From Octopus bimaculoides (taxonomy: Eukaryota), in NCBI RefSeq assembly GCF_001194135.2, contig NC_068995.1, positions 6,182,241-6,246,240 on the forward strand: a DNA stretch of 64,000 bases, read 5' to 3'. Of the stretch, positions 14,847-27,338 are shown one piece after another. Under the pieces are notes generated by a model that ran no database searches, was not told the origin of the DNA, and saw only the letters and a program-made list of their open reading frames with translations. The translations under genes and the position numbers were made by a program. Position 1 is the stretch's first letter; every line of letters begins with the position of its first letter.

Positions 14847-15859
14847 AGTGTGTGTGTGTGGTGTGTATGTATATAGGTATGTGTGTACGGTGTATATGTA
14901 TTTATATATATGTGTGCTTGTGTTTTTGCTTGTTTGTTTATGCGTGTGTGTATACATATGTATGAATTTGTGTGAAGGTGTATATGTATACTGTATGAGA
15001 ATATATTTGTATGTTTTTAAATCTTTAAGAAACGTAAATTTATGTTTGAAATCTCATTTCAGGATCCCTATTTCGTTTTACATAAAACCTATAAAAATGA
15101 AAGGCGTACCTGAATCTTACAAATTAGGATCGCATTTTCTCAATGTATTAAAGCTTCAGATATTTTATCTTTAATATCACTAAGTGGATAAAATCAGCTA
15201 CGAGATAATTTGTATAAAATATTGTTTTTTAATCCTCAACTATAGTGGAGTTGTTCTTGATCTAATGGACAAGCCATTAGTTAGTGGATAATGACGATAA
15301 TGATAGTAATAGTAATTAAGATTCATCCGTTAAGTATTATCAAGTCATTAACTAAGGTTTCATTTAAATCTTACAGCTGTTTCTCATGTGAAAGTTCATT
15401 AATTTACATCGATCATCATGATGAATGTGATGTTAATAGTTGATAATTTGTTCTTTAAGAACACTATATTTATGCATATACATATATATATATATATATA
15501 TANNNNNNNNNNNNNNNNNNNNNNNNNNNNNNNNNNNNNNNNNNNNNNNNNNNNNNNNNNNNNNNNNNNNNNNNNNNNNNNNNNNNNNNNNNNNNNNNNN
15601 NNNNNNNNNNNNNNNNNNNNNNNNNNNNNNNNNNNNNNNNNNNNNNNNNNNNNNNNNNNNNNNNNNNNNNNNNNNNNNNNNNNNNNNNNNNNNNNNNNNN
15701 NNNNNNNNNNNNNNNNNNNNNNNNNNNNNNNNNNNNNNNNNNNNNNNNNNNNNNNNNNNNNNNNNNNNNNNNNNNNNNNNNNNNNNNNNNNNNNNNNNNN
15801 NNNNNNNNNNNNNNNNNNNNNNNNNNNNNNNNNNNNNNNNNTATATATATACACATATA

Positions 15860-16092
15860 CAGTAATCCACGACTATTGCGGGTTTTACGTTCCAAAAACC
15901 CCCGCGATAGGTAAAAATCCGCGAAGTAGAAACAATACTGGACTGCATATTTTTTTTTTTTTAATACTTTTGTATATATTTATTTTATTATAAATGCAAG
16001 ACAACACCACGGAGGAATCAACGTAAGCTTCAATAAAAAAAATTGCAAAATGTGAACGCTGATAGCTGAACGGCGATGTGGCGAGGGATAAC
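15860..16092. mobile_element. Tigger/pogo-like MITE (~230 bp)
   Basis: Left end TA|cagtaatccacgactattgcg; right end gcgatgtggcgagggataac (reverse complement gttatccctcgccacatcgc). These form imperfect TIRs of the CAGTAATCCCTCG type, with no ORF between them. Confidence 0.6.
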
Positions 16093-16784
16093 ACACACAT
16101 ACATACAAACACTTACACTTCAACATAACTACTTGGACATTGATTAAATAGAACAATCAATACATGCGTAGACATATTGAAAACAATAAATCACCACTGG
16201 GGAATTTCGAATTCACTGTCAACAAATGTATATGTGTGTGCGTGTCCGTGCGTGTGTGCGTAATGCTTTTATTGAAAGTGACTTCGAAGTTTCAGTGGTG
16301 GTGGCTAACTGCTTTTAAATAAATTTACACATATATATTTTTTTTCTTAATTTACACGACGCTTTTCCTGTTTGATTGTGTGTTCACACACACAAACACA
16401 TACACGCACACACATACACGAAAACGTGCATAAGCACTCAAACTCACACACACACACGCACACACATATTTATGTAGGCATGCAGTTATGTATGAATACA
16501 TGTATATATACATGTATGTATACGCAAGCAGTGACATATTTGACTACAGAAACAAAACATGGAATGTAGGCTTTGCATAAAAATAAAAAATAAAAACAAC
16601 TGATAAACATCTGAAAAACAGAGACAACAAAAGACTACAACAACAACAACTGCAGCAGCAGCAGCAGCAACAGCGCTAAACTTATGTTTGATGTTTCCTG
16701 ACAGCGCATGACACTGTCTAAATATTTCTGCAGCATTTTTAAAATACTGTGCAGCGTCATTATAAACATATCGTTGATTATTAC

Positions 16785-16850
16785 TGTTGTTGTTGTTGTT
16801 GTGGTGGTGGTGGTAGTGGTGGTTGTTAATGCTGTTGTTCTTCTTCTTCA

Positions 16851-16925
<75 letters not shown>

Positions 16926-16951
16926 CATTACTATTATTATCATAATTATTG

Positions 16952-17018
<67 letters not shown>

Positions 17019-17030
17019 CGTCATTATTAT
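16785..17030. repeat. Compound trinucleotide microsatellite (GTT/GTG/ATT)n
   Basis: Successive gtt, gtg and long att runs; these produce the poly-V/I/L and poly-N pseudo-ORFs. Confidence 0.95.
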
Positions 17031-17236
17031 TTATCGGTGTTAGTTGTAGCAGTATGTTATTAATATATAAAAGAAAAAAAAAAAGACTCTCGTTAATAGA
17101 ACGACTGCAGTGGTGGTGTGAGGAAAAGCGGGGTACCTACATTTCTGTCTGGCGTAGTGCCATACATATATCTAGTGCAGTGGCAAACCACAAACTGCAC
17201 CAAGAGATTTCGGAACGGCTGTGCCGAGAGAACATA

Positions 17237-17247
17237 ATGGAATTTAG
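17237..17247 (+). CDS. Candidate coding exon end (ATG GAA TTT AG|gtaagg)
   Basis: ATG in a strong context (A at -3, G at +4), followed by a consensus donor. The phase-2 end is compatible with the candidate exon at 20288. Confidence 0.25.
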
Positions 17248-17368
17248 GTAAGGAAAATAGAAAAGACAAAGATTCCAGCGCAATGGGTTTTCTCTTCCTT
17301 CTTCATTTTTAGTTTTGCTTCTTGTTGGAATATTGTATGTCTATGTTTCTCTCTTCCTCTGCCTCATC

Positions 17369-17402
<34 letters not shown>

Positions 17403-17594
17403 AACACGTTCTCCCTCGCACCCCTCTCCCTATGAACCTATGTAAAGCTGTAATGCTTATGGAAGCATTAAACGAACGATAATAGAATTACACTACAATA
17501 ACGAAGAATGCGATGACTGCTTGAACAAAATTAAGCAAAACTAAAAAAAAACAAAAAACAAAACAAAACATAAAACAATTCTAAACGGGAAGAC

Positions 17595-17642
<48 letters not shown>

Positions 17643-17702
17643 GTGATGGTGATGATGATGTTGATGTTGATGGTGATGGTGATGGTGATGGTGATGATGA
17701 TG

Positions 17703-17734
<32 letters not shown>

Positions 17735-17819
17735 AATAACAGACATAACAGACGTTAACAGACGTAAGAGCTTACATATACTACAAATTGTGTCATACAA
17801 AATGAGCTATACATACCCA

Positions 17820-17852
<33 letters not shown>

Positions 17853-18044
17853 NNNNNNNNNNNNNNNNNNNNNNNNNNNNNNNNNNNNNNNNNNNNNNNN
17901 NNNNNNNNNNNNNNNNNNNNNNNNNNNNNNNNNNNNNNNNNNNNNNNNNNNNNNNNNNNNNNNNNNNNNNNNNNNNNNNNNNNNNNNNNNNNNNNNNNNN
18001 NNNNNNNNNNNNNNNNNNNNNNNNNNNNNNNNNNNNNNNNNNNN

Positions 18045-18084
<40 letters not shown>

Positions 18085-19950
18085 TTCAATCGTCCCTTTG
18101 GTTTCACATTGCGTAGTTGCCTACGTTATTTCATATGTGTGTGTGAGTGTTTGTGTAACACCGTCTTCCGTCTTTCATTTGCCATATATACATATATGTA
18201 CACACACATACACACACACACACACACATACACACACACACACACGCACGCACACACACACACACACACACACGCGTGCGCACACATACACAGAGTGGGT
18301 GGCAAAAACCTAATACAATACATTCCCTTCTTTGGTGAATAAAACATATACAGTTAAGCGCAGAGCACTCTCACAGTAGAGAGAAGCCATTACTCTAGTT
18401 CAAAAGACTCAATGACTGACCGATTTTCTCATAAAATATCCCACATCCTTTGGGCTTCGATCCCTTAACTGCCTATAAACCGATGACGTGATCTTCAAAT
18501 ATTGTGGAATACCTAGAGACACCAGGTACTCAGCCCCATCGCATAATCAATTATCACATTATTTAATACATCATATTTTCGCTGCAAATCCAGTCGGGCA
18601 TATTTCGTCCTTCGAGTTACTGTAGAATCCATTCAATATCTCAGCGTAGTCACGTCAACTCCAAACACTTGCTTTAATTTTGACTGAATTCATTTATTTT
18701 CTTCTTCTTTCCACACCAGACTACTTTGTCCATATCTTTCACTTTCTCTCTATAGCAAAATACTACTGTACTACATTTCCTGGTTATAACCAATGGCCGT
18801 CTGACATTCATGGAAGATTTCCTTCGGTTTTGCGTTCATTGTCATCCCTCGCTCTGGCTTCTCTAAATATAAGTGCGATTTTGCTAGTTTCCAATCTGGT
18901 TACGCGTAGACTTTCGACCTGTGGTGCTCTGCAACATACTCTCATCCTTCATAGTCTTCAGCAATCACAGTCCTCATCTCTGTAGTTCTGTTATTACTGC
19001 AAATGCTTGTCTTTTATTTCTGTGCTTTCCTCCAGCATCTGAGTAAAGTTCAAGTCATTTATTATGACACGTGTTGCAACTGATACTCTGGTCTAGATCA
19101 TAAATTCAGTTCATGCCTCTCTGCTCATTTACTGAAATAAAAAGGAATGCCCCTTAAGGGCTGTTCTGCCGGGTCCATAAATCCAAGCAAGCCTTACTAG
19201 ATCACGTGTTTTTTTATTGGTTACTCTGCACTCGCAAAATATCCGTATTGTCGTGTAAAGACAGCGCCACTCTAATTAAATATCTGTCTAATGTTTGCGG
19301 CCATGATCCCAGTTTCCTTGGGACTCATCAAAAACAGACACCGGTTTATGAGCTGGCGTATAACACCAGCTAATCTGTCACTTCGATCGGCCGTTCGATA
19401 TGAAAACCAGGTAGACCTCCTTTCCATTTGCCCTGACCTGGTCGAAGGAGCAAACCATTAATCGCACATCAATAACAGAAGAGTTTTGAGCACTCGATGG
19501 CTTTTTGAAATTATTTGGATATCTAAGTTTACAGGTAGATAACCCGTTACCCACGCAGATCGTACCAGGAATTACATGAAACGTGAATCAAGAAGATATT
19601 AATAATAACAATAATATGAATATTTGTATATTTGCCACAATGCATTAGTGGTAACCACAAGAGCAAAATAATCTGGACAAAATACAATTGGGAGGAATGA
19701 AGTAGGAAAAAAAAATATGAAAGGTGAAAGGAAGTAAATTAAAAAAAATTGAGCTGGGTTGATGGGAGAGACAGTTACCTAAGACCATTTTAGGGGAACA
19801 GAGGTACTAAATTACACTTACTGCCAAAACAAAAATAAGAAAGAGGAAAGGAATTTGGGAGGAACGAAAAAGTGAAGATGAACAAGGAATGAAAAACAAG
19901 AAAGGAAAAGTTAAAGATAAAATTCTTTGGTTTACGATTGTTATATGTGG

Positions 19951-19992
<42 letters not shown>

Positions 19993-20287
19993 ACACACAT
20001 NNNNNNNNNNNNNNNNNNNNNNNNNNNNNNNNNNNNNNNNNNNNNNNNNNNNNNNNNNNNNNNNNNNNNNNNNNNNNNNNNNNNNNNNNNNNNNNNNNNN
20101 NNNNNNNNNNNNNNNNNNNNNNNNNNNNNNNNNNNNNNNATATATATATATATATATATATATATATACGTATGTGTATATATGTGTTTGTGTGCATATG
20201 CATGTATGCGTGTATGCGTTGATATATTTACGTGGGATGTGTGTGTAGGTGTATGTGTGTAGTTATTAGTGTATATTGATCTTTCAG

Positions 20288-20362
20288 ATCAATTGCAATC
20301 TTCAAAGAAACGCCGCTGACTGGAGGACGTGTTGTAGAATATGAAATAACAGATGTCTCACT
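20288..20362 (+). CDS. Candidate 75-nt symmetric internal exon, product unknown (xSIAIFKETPLTGGRVVEYEITDVSL)
   Basis: Acceptor ttgatctttcag| and donor CT|gtatgt. Only one frame stays open to the donor (phase 2 to 2). It is a non-repetitive, higher-GC island among microsatellites. Confidence 0.4.
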
Positions 20363-21719
20363 GTATGTTATGCAACATCGTAGTTTTATATACTTGCATA
20401 TATGCATGTTATAATATGTAAGACTGTCTGTATGTGAGTACACATACGCCAATATTGTACATAGATATAAGTATATATATGTACATATATTATAACTGTC
20501 AGCGTGTATGTGTTGATGGTAAGCGTTCAGTTGTTCCACCAAACACATCACTACTACTGTAATTAAGGTGTAACTGGGTGAGTATTCTGTAGAGATGTGT
20601 ACCCTTAACACAGTACTCGAGCCAAGACTGAACTTTGGACGAACAGACACAATTTATAAGAAGAGGGGAAAATAGATTCGAATTCTATTCCAAAGACTCG
20701 AGAAACAAGCAAATCACTACGGAGTGTTTTGGACTGAAGGCAGAGAGCTGGAATTATATACAAATTATTAAAAAAGATGAAAGGTAAACTTGAACTCGCT
20801 GAAATTTAAATTCAGGGTATAAAGAATTGTAAAAGATGCCGATAAGCATTTTGTACGTCGCGCAGACGAGTCTACCAGCCGCTGCTTTACTGCAAAGAAC
20901 ACACTTATAACAGGCGTGTATATTGCTTATTGGCCATGTTGAAGACAACGACTCCTCATATTTCACACCCACCCCACCTACCATCCTGTACTCTAGTATA
21001 TGTTATATATACGGTTCTATCTACGCCAACGCCCTCCCTCCCGTCTAATGCCTTCTTCTGTTTCGTTAACACTTTTTATTTCGCATAAGAATTTCCTGAC
21101 AACACGGTAAACTCTTTCTTCGGATTTCTCTCACTATCACACACATTTTGGTCACAAGCTTCTACACACTCCCTCTCTGCAACATAAATATTCTATATCA
21201 AAGTTGCTGGTTGTAACCTATGCCTGTACTAATACTGAAGGAATATTCCTTCGGCGTTTCGATCGCTGTTAACCCTCGCACCGTCTCTCTCTCTCTCTCT
21301 CTCCCTCTCTCTCCCACTCTCTCTCTCCCTCTCCCCCTCTCCCCCTCCCCCTCTCTCTCTCTCTGACACACACACATCACATATATATTTTTTACTATTT
21401 TTTCATTCAGACAAGCTATAGATGTATATATATAACAAAATAAGTTAGCCTCCACAGACTTCAGCCGCGTTCCTGCCGTATTCTTGGTTGGGATATTCAT
21501 TTGATTGTAAAATTAGGCATCATCTGATGGTCACGGTTTTTGTAATAAAGTAATGTCTCATTATATTGTATCATATATAAACATGTGTATGTGTGTATGC
21601 ATGTGTGGAAATGTGTGTGTGTGTGTGTGTGTTTCGATTAGCGATCTGCCTATGGCTATAAGGAGTATTAGAAATTAGTATTGTGAAATTGGTGCTATTG
21701 TAGTAGTAGTTCTTGTTGT

Positions 21720-21747
21720 AGTAGTAATAGTAGTAGTAGTGGAAGTG

Positions 21748-21802
<55 letters not shown>

Positions 21803-21903
21803 CAGCAGTAGTAAGTCATAGTAGTAATAATAATAGAGATGGTTGTGGTAGTAATAGTACAGGTGATAGTGGTGGTAGTTTTAGTAGTATTAGTCGGCTT
21901 AGG

Positions 21904-21938
<35 letters not shown>

Positions 21939-21957
21939 GGCTGCAGTAGCAGCGGTA

Positions 21958-22009
<52 letters not shown>

Positions 22010-22026
22010 CTGCAGTAGCAGCGGTA

Positions 22027-22072
<46 letters not shown>

Positions 22073-22089
22073 CTGCAGTAGCAGCGGTA

Positions 22090-22138
<49 letters not shown>

Positions 22139-22155
22139 CTGCAGTAGCAGCGGTA

Positions 22156-22201
<46 letters not shown>

Positions 22202-22255
22202 TGGTGGCTGCAGTAGCAGCGGTAGTGGTGGTAGTAGTAGTGGTAGTAGTTATTA
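21720..22255. repeat. (GTA)n microsatellite with an embedded 63-69 bp higher-order minisatellite
   Basis: The core ggctgcagtagcagcggtagtggtgg recurs five times (~21941, 22010, 22073, 22139, 22208), separated by variable-length (GTA)n. Confidence 0.9.
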
Positions 22256-22873
22256 GAAGTGTTTGATGATCGTAGTGATTTCCTTCTCGTTAAAGATGGA
22301 GCTGTGGGATTGATGGTCGAATTTATTTGATTGATGGTGTGTTTGTGGTTATTAGTAGAGTGATTGGTGATTGGTGTAGGTGGAGAGGGGGGAGGAGACG
22401 GTATCAGTGGAAGGAAGAACGTTTCTGCTAGCAGTGACGGCGGCGGCGGAGTTGGAGTTGGTGCTGGTGTTGGCGGTGGGAATGGCGGTTATACGATTCT
22501 CGTGCGGAAACGAACGCGGTAAATGTAAAGCTGAGGTCAGGTGGAATAAAATTAGTATTGTATACCAATTTGATTTGTGTCTTTGATGTGAGATACGATA
22601 GGATACCATACGATACGATAGGAATAAGTCTAGAAGATAAAAACCTTCTAAAATCAAAATGATGGACGTGGGAAAAAATCGTAATAGACAAACGATACAA
22701 ATCTCCGTGTGCGCGAGTGTTGTTGGTGCGTTTGTGTGAGGATGTGTGTGTGTGTATGTATATGCATATTAAAACAAAATTAATACAAACACACATATAC
22801 GCATGCTCACACACCGTGTGTATGCAAATCGACAATTGATATTTGAGGCATGCGTATGTATATAAAGTGAGAT

Positions 22874-22974
<101 letters not shown>

Positions 22975-23069
22975 GTATATATATATAATATACATGCATA
23001 TGTATATACAGATACGCTCATACACACATACACAGACACACACGTATATCTACACTTATACATATATAT

Positions 23070-23473
23070 AAAGTAAAGTCAGTCGCCACATGAAAGTGAT
23101 TCTTCCATGTTACTACTAGTTTAACCCCAGGCAGATTCTCCACCAGCTGGTTATCGGTGCGACTCTGCCCCCGTTATATGCAATATATCTTGTTAGCAGC
23201 GGGAGGCGAACCCCTTAGCAGGTAACAGGATCACAAGACCGACTCAGTTTCGGCCTATTTGGGTGATCCTCAGTCGAGAACAACTAACTGTCCGCCAAAA
23301 AGAGAGACAGATTCCGTTTCAGCGAACAATATGTTGTAAACAAAGCGACCAATATATATTGTATATAAAGGGTGCAGAGTCGCACCGAGAACCAGCTGGC
23401 GGGGGATCTGCCTGGGGTTAAACAAATAGTAACATGGATCCCACCACTCTGACGTGGCGACTGACTTCACTTT
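23070..23473. mobile_element. Fold-back / MITE-like element with ~120 bp terminal inverted repeats
   Basis: 23070-23188 aligns at roughly 80% identity (estimated by eye) with the reverse complement of 23354-23473, e.g. gtttaaccccaggcagat / atctgcctggggttaaac and ggtgcgactctgc / gcagagtcgcacc. The spacer is ~165 bp. No clear TSD. Confidence 0.8.
23229..23281 (-). ncRNA. Degenerate minimal type-I hammerhead ribozyme-like motif (candidate)
   Basis: Minus strand reads GTTCTCGA-CTGAGGA-TCACCCAAATAGGCC-GAAAC-TGAGTCG-GTC-TTGTGATC. It has CUGANGA and GAAAC cores, a GUC triplet and 6 of 8 stem I pairs, but stem II is poorly paired. Confidence 0.25.
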
Positions 23474-23971
23474 TTAAAGGATTAATCTAACAATGGTTAC
23501 TTTGGTTTAGTCATTTACTTAATGTCCCAAAAGCAAAATGGTATGATTACAAATATATTCAACTTTTCCCTTTTTCTTCTCTATGCTTTATTTCTTTATT
23601 TATTCTTCACTCTGATGAAGCTCCATGTTTCAGATCGGTTTTATTACCAAATATGATAAATAGTTTTGCATATCAAAGGCAATACCTTGCAACTTTGGTA
23701 GCAGAAACAGCTGTTAGATGTGATGCAGTCTATTTGTATTGAATTAATAAATAATAATTCATGTAAGTCAATTGTTGTTCACAATATTTCTCCATTTGCT
23801 GCTTCCTTTAAATTTTGATTCTTCATAAACTCATGTTTATCCTTCCTTACCTATAATTTATGAGCATAACATGCTTGCATAGGCAGACCCATGGTTAAAT
23901 GTAGGTAATATACCGGTAGGGTAATGGATATTTTATTCCTTATATGGTTGTTTTAACCTCTAACTCACCTA

Positions 23972-24020
<49 letters not shown>

Positions 24021-24025
<5 letters not shown>

Positions 24026-24071
24026 TCGTATGGACATCCATAAACTAAATGGACCTCTGTCNNNNNNNNNN

Positions 24072-24126
<55 letters not shown>

Positions 24127-24162
24127 TCGTATGGACATCCATAAACTAAATGGACCTCTGTC
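24021..24162. repeat. 41-bp direct duplication plus (TA)n across a 10-N gap (probable assembly artefact)
   Basis: tgtactcgtatggacatccataaactaaatggacctctgtc is identical at 24021-24061 and 24122-24162, and each copy is preceded by a (TA)n tract. Confidence 0.85.
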
Positions 24163-24932
24163 GCTTGAGTCAGATGCAACAGATAAACTCGTAGATTCAC
24201 GAAAAGCAAAAACAAAATTTCTTGGAACGAATAATCTTGGAACGAAACCGCTACACGTAAAAGGCGACTGGTTCCTGAAATTCGCGCTAATTCATGAAAA
24301 AATCTGAACAAAAAATAAATAGATGTCTTAAAAAAGGAATGAGATACATTAATGATTTTTTTTCTATTCTAAAAACCAGGCGTACTGTAAATATTTACAG
24401 AAATGTAGGCTCTTACCTTTGGTGAAATGTGGGATATTTTAGCGAAGTGAGTCTGTCTTTTATAAACAGTGGAAGTGAAATGTCAGAAGGTTGAAGAATA
24501 GAGTAAATACAAGCAACATTGGAGTTGCTAACATTTTTAGTATTCTTATTGATTAATATGCCGATTGAAAATACTGTTCTATCAACAACATAAATAGATC
24601 ATTATTTGGCTAATGTGTCTATACACACTCGTACGCCTTATACACACGTACGAATGCTCAGTGGGTATTTCTGCATTGCTCTTTCTATCTCTCTGAAGCG
24701 TGCACGCACAGTTTAACATGCGTACACACATCTACACCACATACACACACACACACACACACACATACAGACTTTGACATATGTCCTTGTTTATGTATAT
24801 GTCTGAGTGCGTTTATGAGTAAATATATATAAAGATATACGTGTGTGGGGGCGTTTGTGTGCGTGAATACATCAACTGCTTTTTACCTTATGCATCTTCA
24901 TGAGCAATTAGCAATTAGATTTACGCATCCAA

Positions 24933-24991
<59 letters not shown>

Positions 24992-26034
24992 NNNNNNNNN
25001 NNNNNNNNNNNNNNNNNNNNNNNNNNNNNNNNNNNNNNNNNNNNNNNNNNNNNNNNNNNNNNNNNNNNNNNNNNNNNNNNNNNNNNNNNNNNNNNNNNNN
25101 NNNNNNNNNNNNNNNNNNNNNNNNNNNNNNNNNNNNNNNNNNNNNNNNNNNNNNNNNNNNNNNNNNNNNNNNNNNNNNNNNNNNNNNNNNNNNNNNNNNN
25201 NNNNNNNNNNNNNNNNNNNNNNNNNNNNNNNNNNNNNNNNNNNNNNNNNNNNNNNNNNNNNNNNNNNNNNNNNNNNNNNNNNNNNNNNNNNNNNNNNNNN
25301 NNNNNNNNNNNNNNNNNNNNTATATATATATATATATATATATGGTGGGGTGTATTTATCTTAATAGTTGAAGGAGTCAGTTTATTTCAAGTTCGAAAAC
25401 CGTGACTTTCACATTCTCTGTGAATATCTGTTAAATAAGTTGAGTAGAGAATCGCCTCGCACATTAAAACCATTTTAACTCATTCCTTATTTGTCTGTTG
25501 TTTGGTTGTTGATGCTAAATTTGTTGTTATCCGTTTCTTCCTGTTTGTGTATAGTTGGCACTTTATATTTCACCGTACAAAATATGTTTCTATGTTCTGT
25601 GGCTATGTTTTAAACGTATTAAGTTGTCTGTACTTTTAATTTTAAACGTTCTTTCGTTGTTTGTGTGCTAATGTTCATACATATATTTATTTATTTAATT
25701 ATTTATTTATTTATTCCCTTCGATTTTTTTTTTCTGTCTAATATTATATTAGAATTTTTCATCTCTATACAATTTTGGTATCTTTTAACCTTTCGTTTGT
25801 GCCATTACCCACTCTGGAAACCTTTCCAATTAAATAGCAGATCATATTTGCCTCAAGTGGAATACATCTTTCTACAAAGAAAATCCCGTACATAATGCAG
25901 TGTTTAAAAGACGCAAACAGTAAAAGTGTAGTACAATATACATAATTGGCTTGTGTACGACGGAAGAATGAAAGCGCTTGTTCACTTCTCACGATTTCCA
26001 GTTCAAAAGCAATACACGACTAGCAGTTTCGATG

Positions 26035-26125
26035 GAGGAGATAAGTCGATTACATTGATCACACTACTCGACTGGTACTTATTTTATCGATCCCGAAAGG
26101 TTGAAAGGCAAACCAGACCTCGGGG
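26035..26125 (-). mobile_element. SINE type 1 fragment
   Basis: ataagtcgattac...ctggtacttattttatcgatcccgaaaggttgaaaggcaaa matches 49190-49235. Confidence 0.7.
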
Positions 26126-26442
26126 GGATAATTATTCATTTTTGTTTTAAATCATTTACTCGTTACAAGGTCCTTAGACCACTGAAAACGTAAGTGCTAC
26201 TAGAATAAATTGGACGCTAGACAGAAGTCAATGGGTGACGATGTACGCTAGACTTAAAAAACTGGAGGCCATATTGAAGAGGAAAACAAGGCTTTGGAAG
26301 GGAATTTCAAAGTTCAGAGATGCTAGGGACGAAACTGGTACTGTAAAGTGCTTTACGACACTTACGAGGTTGCACAGTATACTGATCAGACTTGGATGCA
26401 AGTGCTTGACTTGATGAGGCTCTGACTGAGTTTGGGGATGTA

Positions 26443-26545
26443 ACTAGATATCAGGGCGCGACTAGATATTAGAGTGTGACTAGATATAAGGATATGGCTA
26501 GATATAAAGATGCAACTAGATATGAGGGTATCATTAGATATAGGT
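26443..26545. repeat. Diverged 18-bp tandem repeat, 6 units
   Basis: Units start at 26443, 26461, 26479, 26497, 26515 and 26533, with a (C/T)TAGATAT core and a variable remainder. Confidence 0.85.
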
Positions 26546-27307
26546 GAAAATACTATTTTACTGCGAAGAAGGTCTATAAGTTAATGGTTAGTCGTTTTTA
26601 AAATCTGGCTGATTCATTGAAGAATTCCCGCTCAGCTACAAATATATAACAATTGTATTCATGTAATTAGAACCAACCAAGTAATTATTGGATCACGGAG
26701 GTACTCGTGTTCGTTTTTAAATTGGAATAATTTTTGAATCAATAGGATCGGTGTCCTTTAATCTGTCGTCGTCGTCTCTTTCTAAACTGATATTGGATTA
26801 ATAAACAAATTAATTAACTAATAGCGGCCTTCTGATCCGTGGTGAATTACAATGAGATTTCCTCTACAAGATTTGAACACTCAGCCAAAACAATGAAGGT
26901 GTTAAATATCTTATTTTTGCGGTTATATTGGAAGCAGAATTCTTGGAGATTTGAAAAATTTATTCGCTTTTAATGCAGAAATATATTCCTCTGTATTTAC
27001 GATGGAAATATTTTACAAATCTTAAGTTTTCGAAATGTATTCTGTCATCTTTCTAAAGAAAAAAATGTAATATATTTCTAAATAATCATAAATATACTAT
27101 TATGAACATAATGAAATATCAACTGGATTCGTCGATTTTTCGAATTTCTCGCTGCTTCTTGAACAATTTCATAATTGTAAGCTGTCATTCTTTAAAATAT
27201 AGCAACGATAGAAGAGGGAAAAAAATCCAGTGCGTGATGTGAGTGAAGATAATAAAAATGAAATTTTTTTCTTCGCAGAAAGTGCATAAAAGGATGGAGG
27301 GAGAGAA

Positions 27308-27338
<31 letters not shown>

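Noticed and set aside
18350-19560. LINE ORF remnant on the minus strand
   Set aside because: The strand bias is suggestive, but I could identify no endonuclease or RT motif, so it is left uncalled.
21739-22266. 175-aa Val/Ala-repeat ORF as a structural protein
   Set aside because: It is open only because all repeat units are multiples of three; there is no splice or homology support.
26443-26545. CRISPR-like array (conserved core plus variable part)
   Set aside because: The context is eukaryotic, the period is only 18 bp, the variable parts are related to each other, and there are no cas genes.
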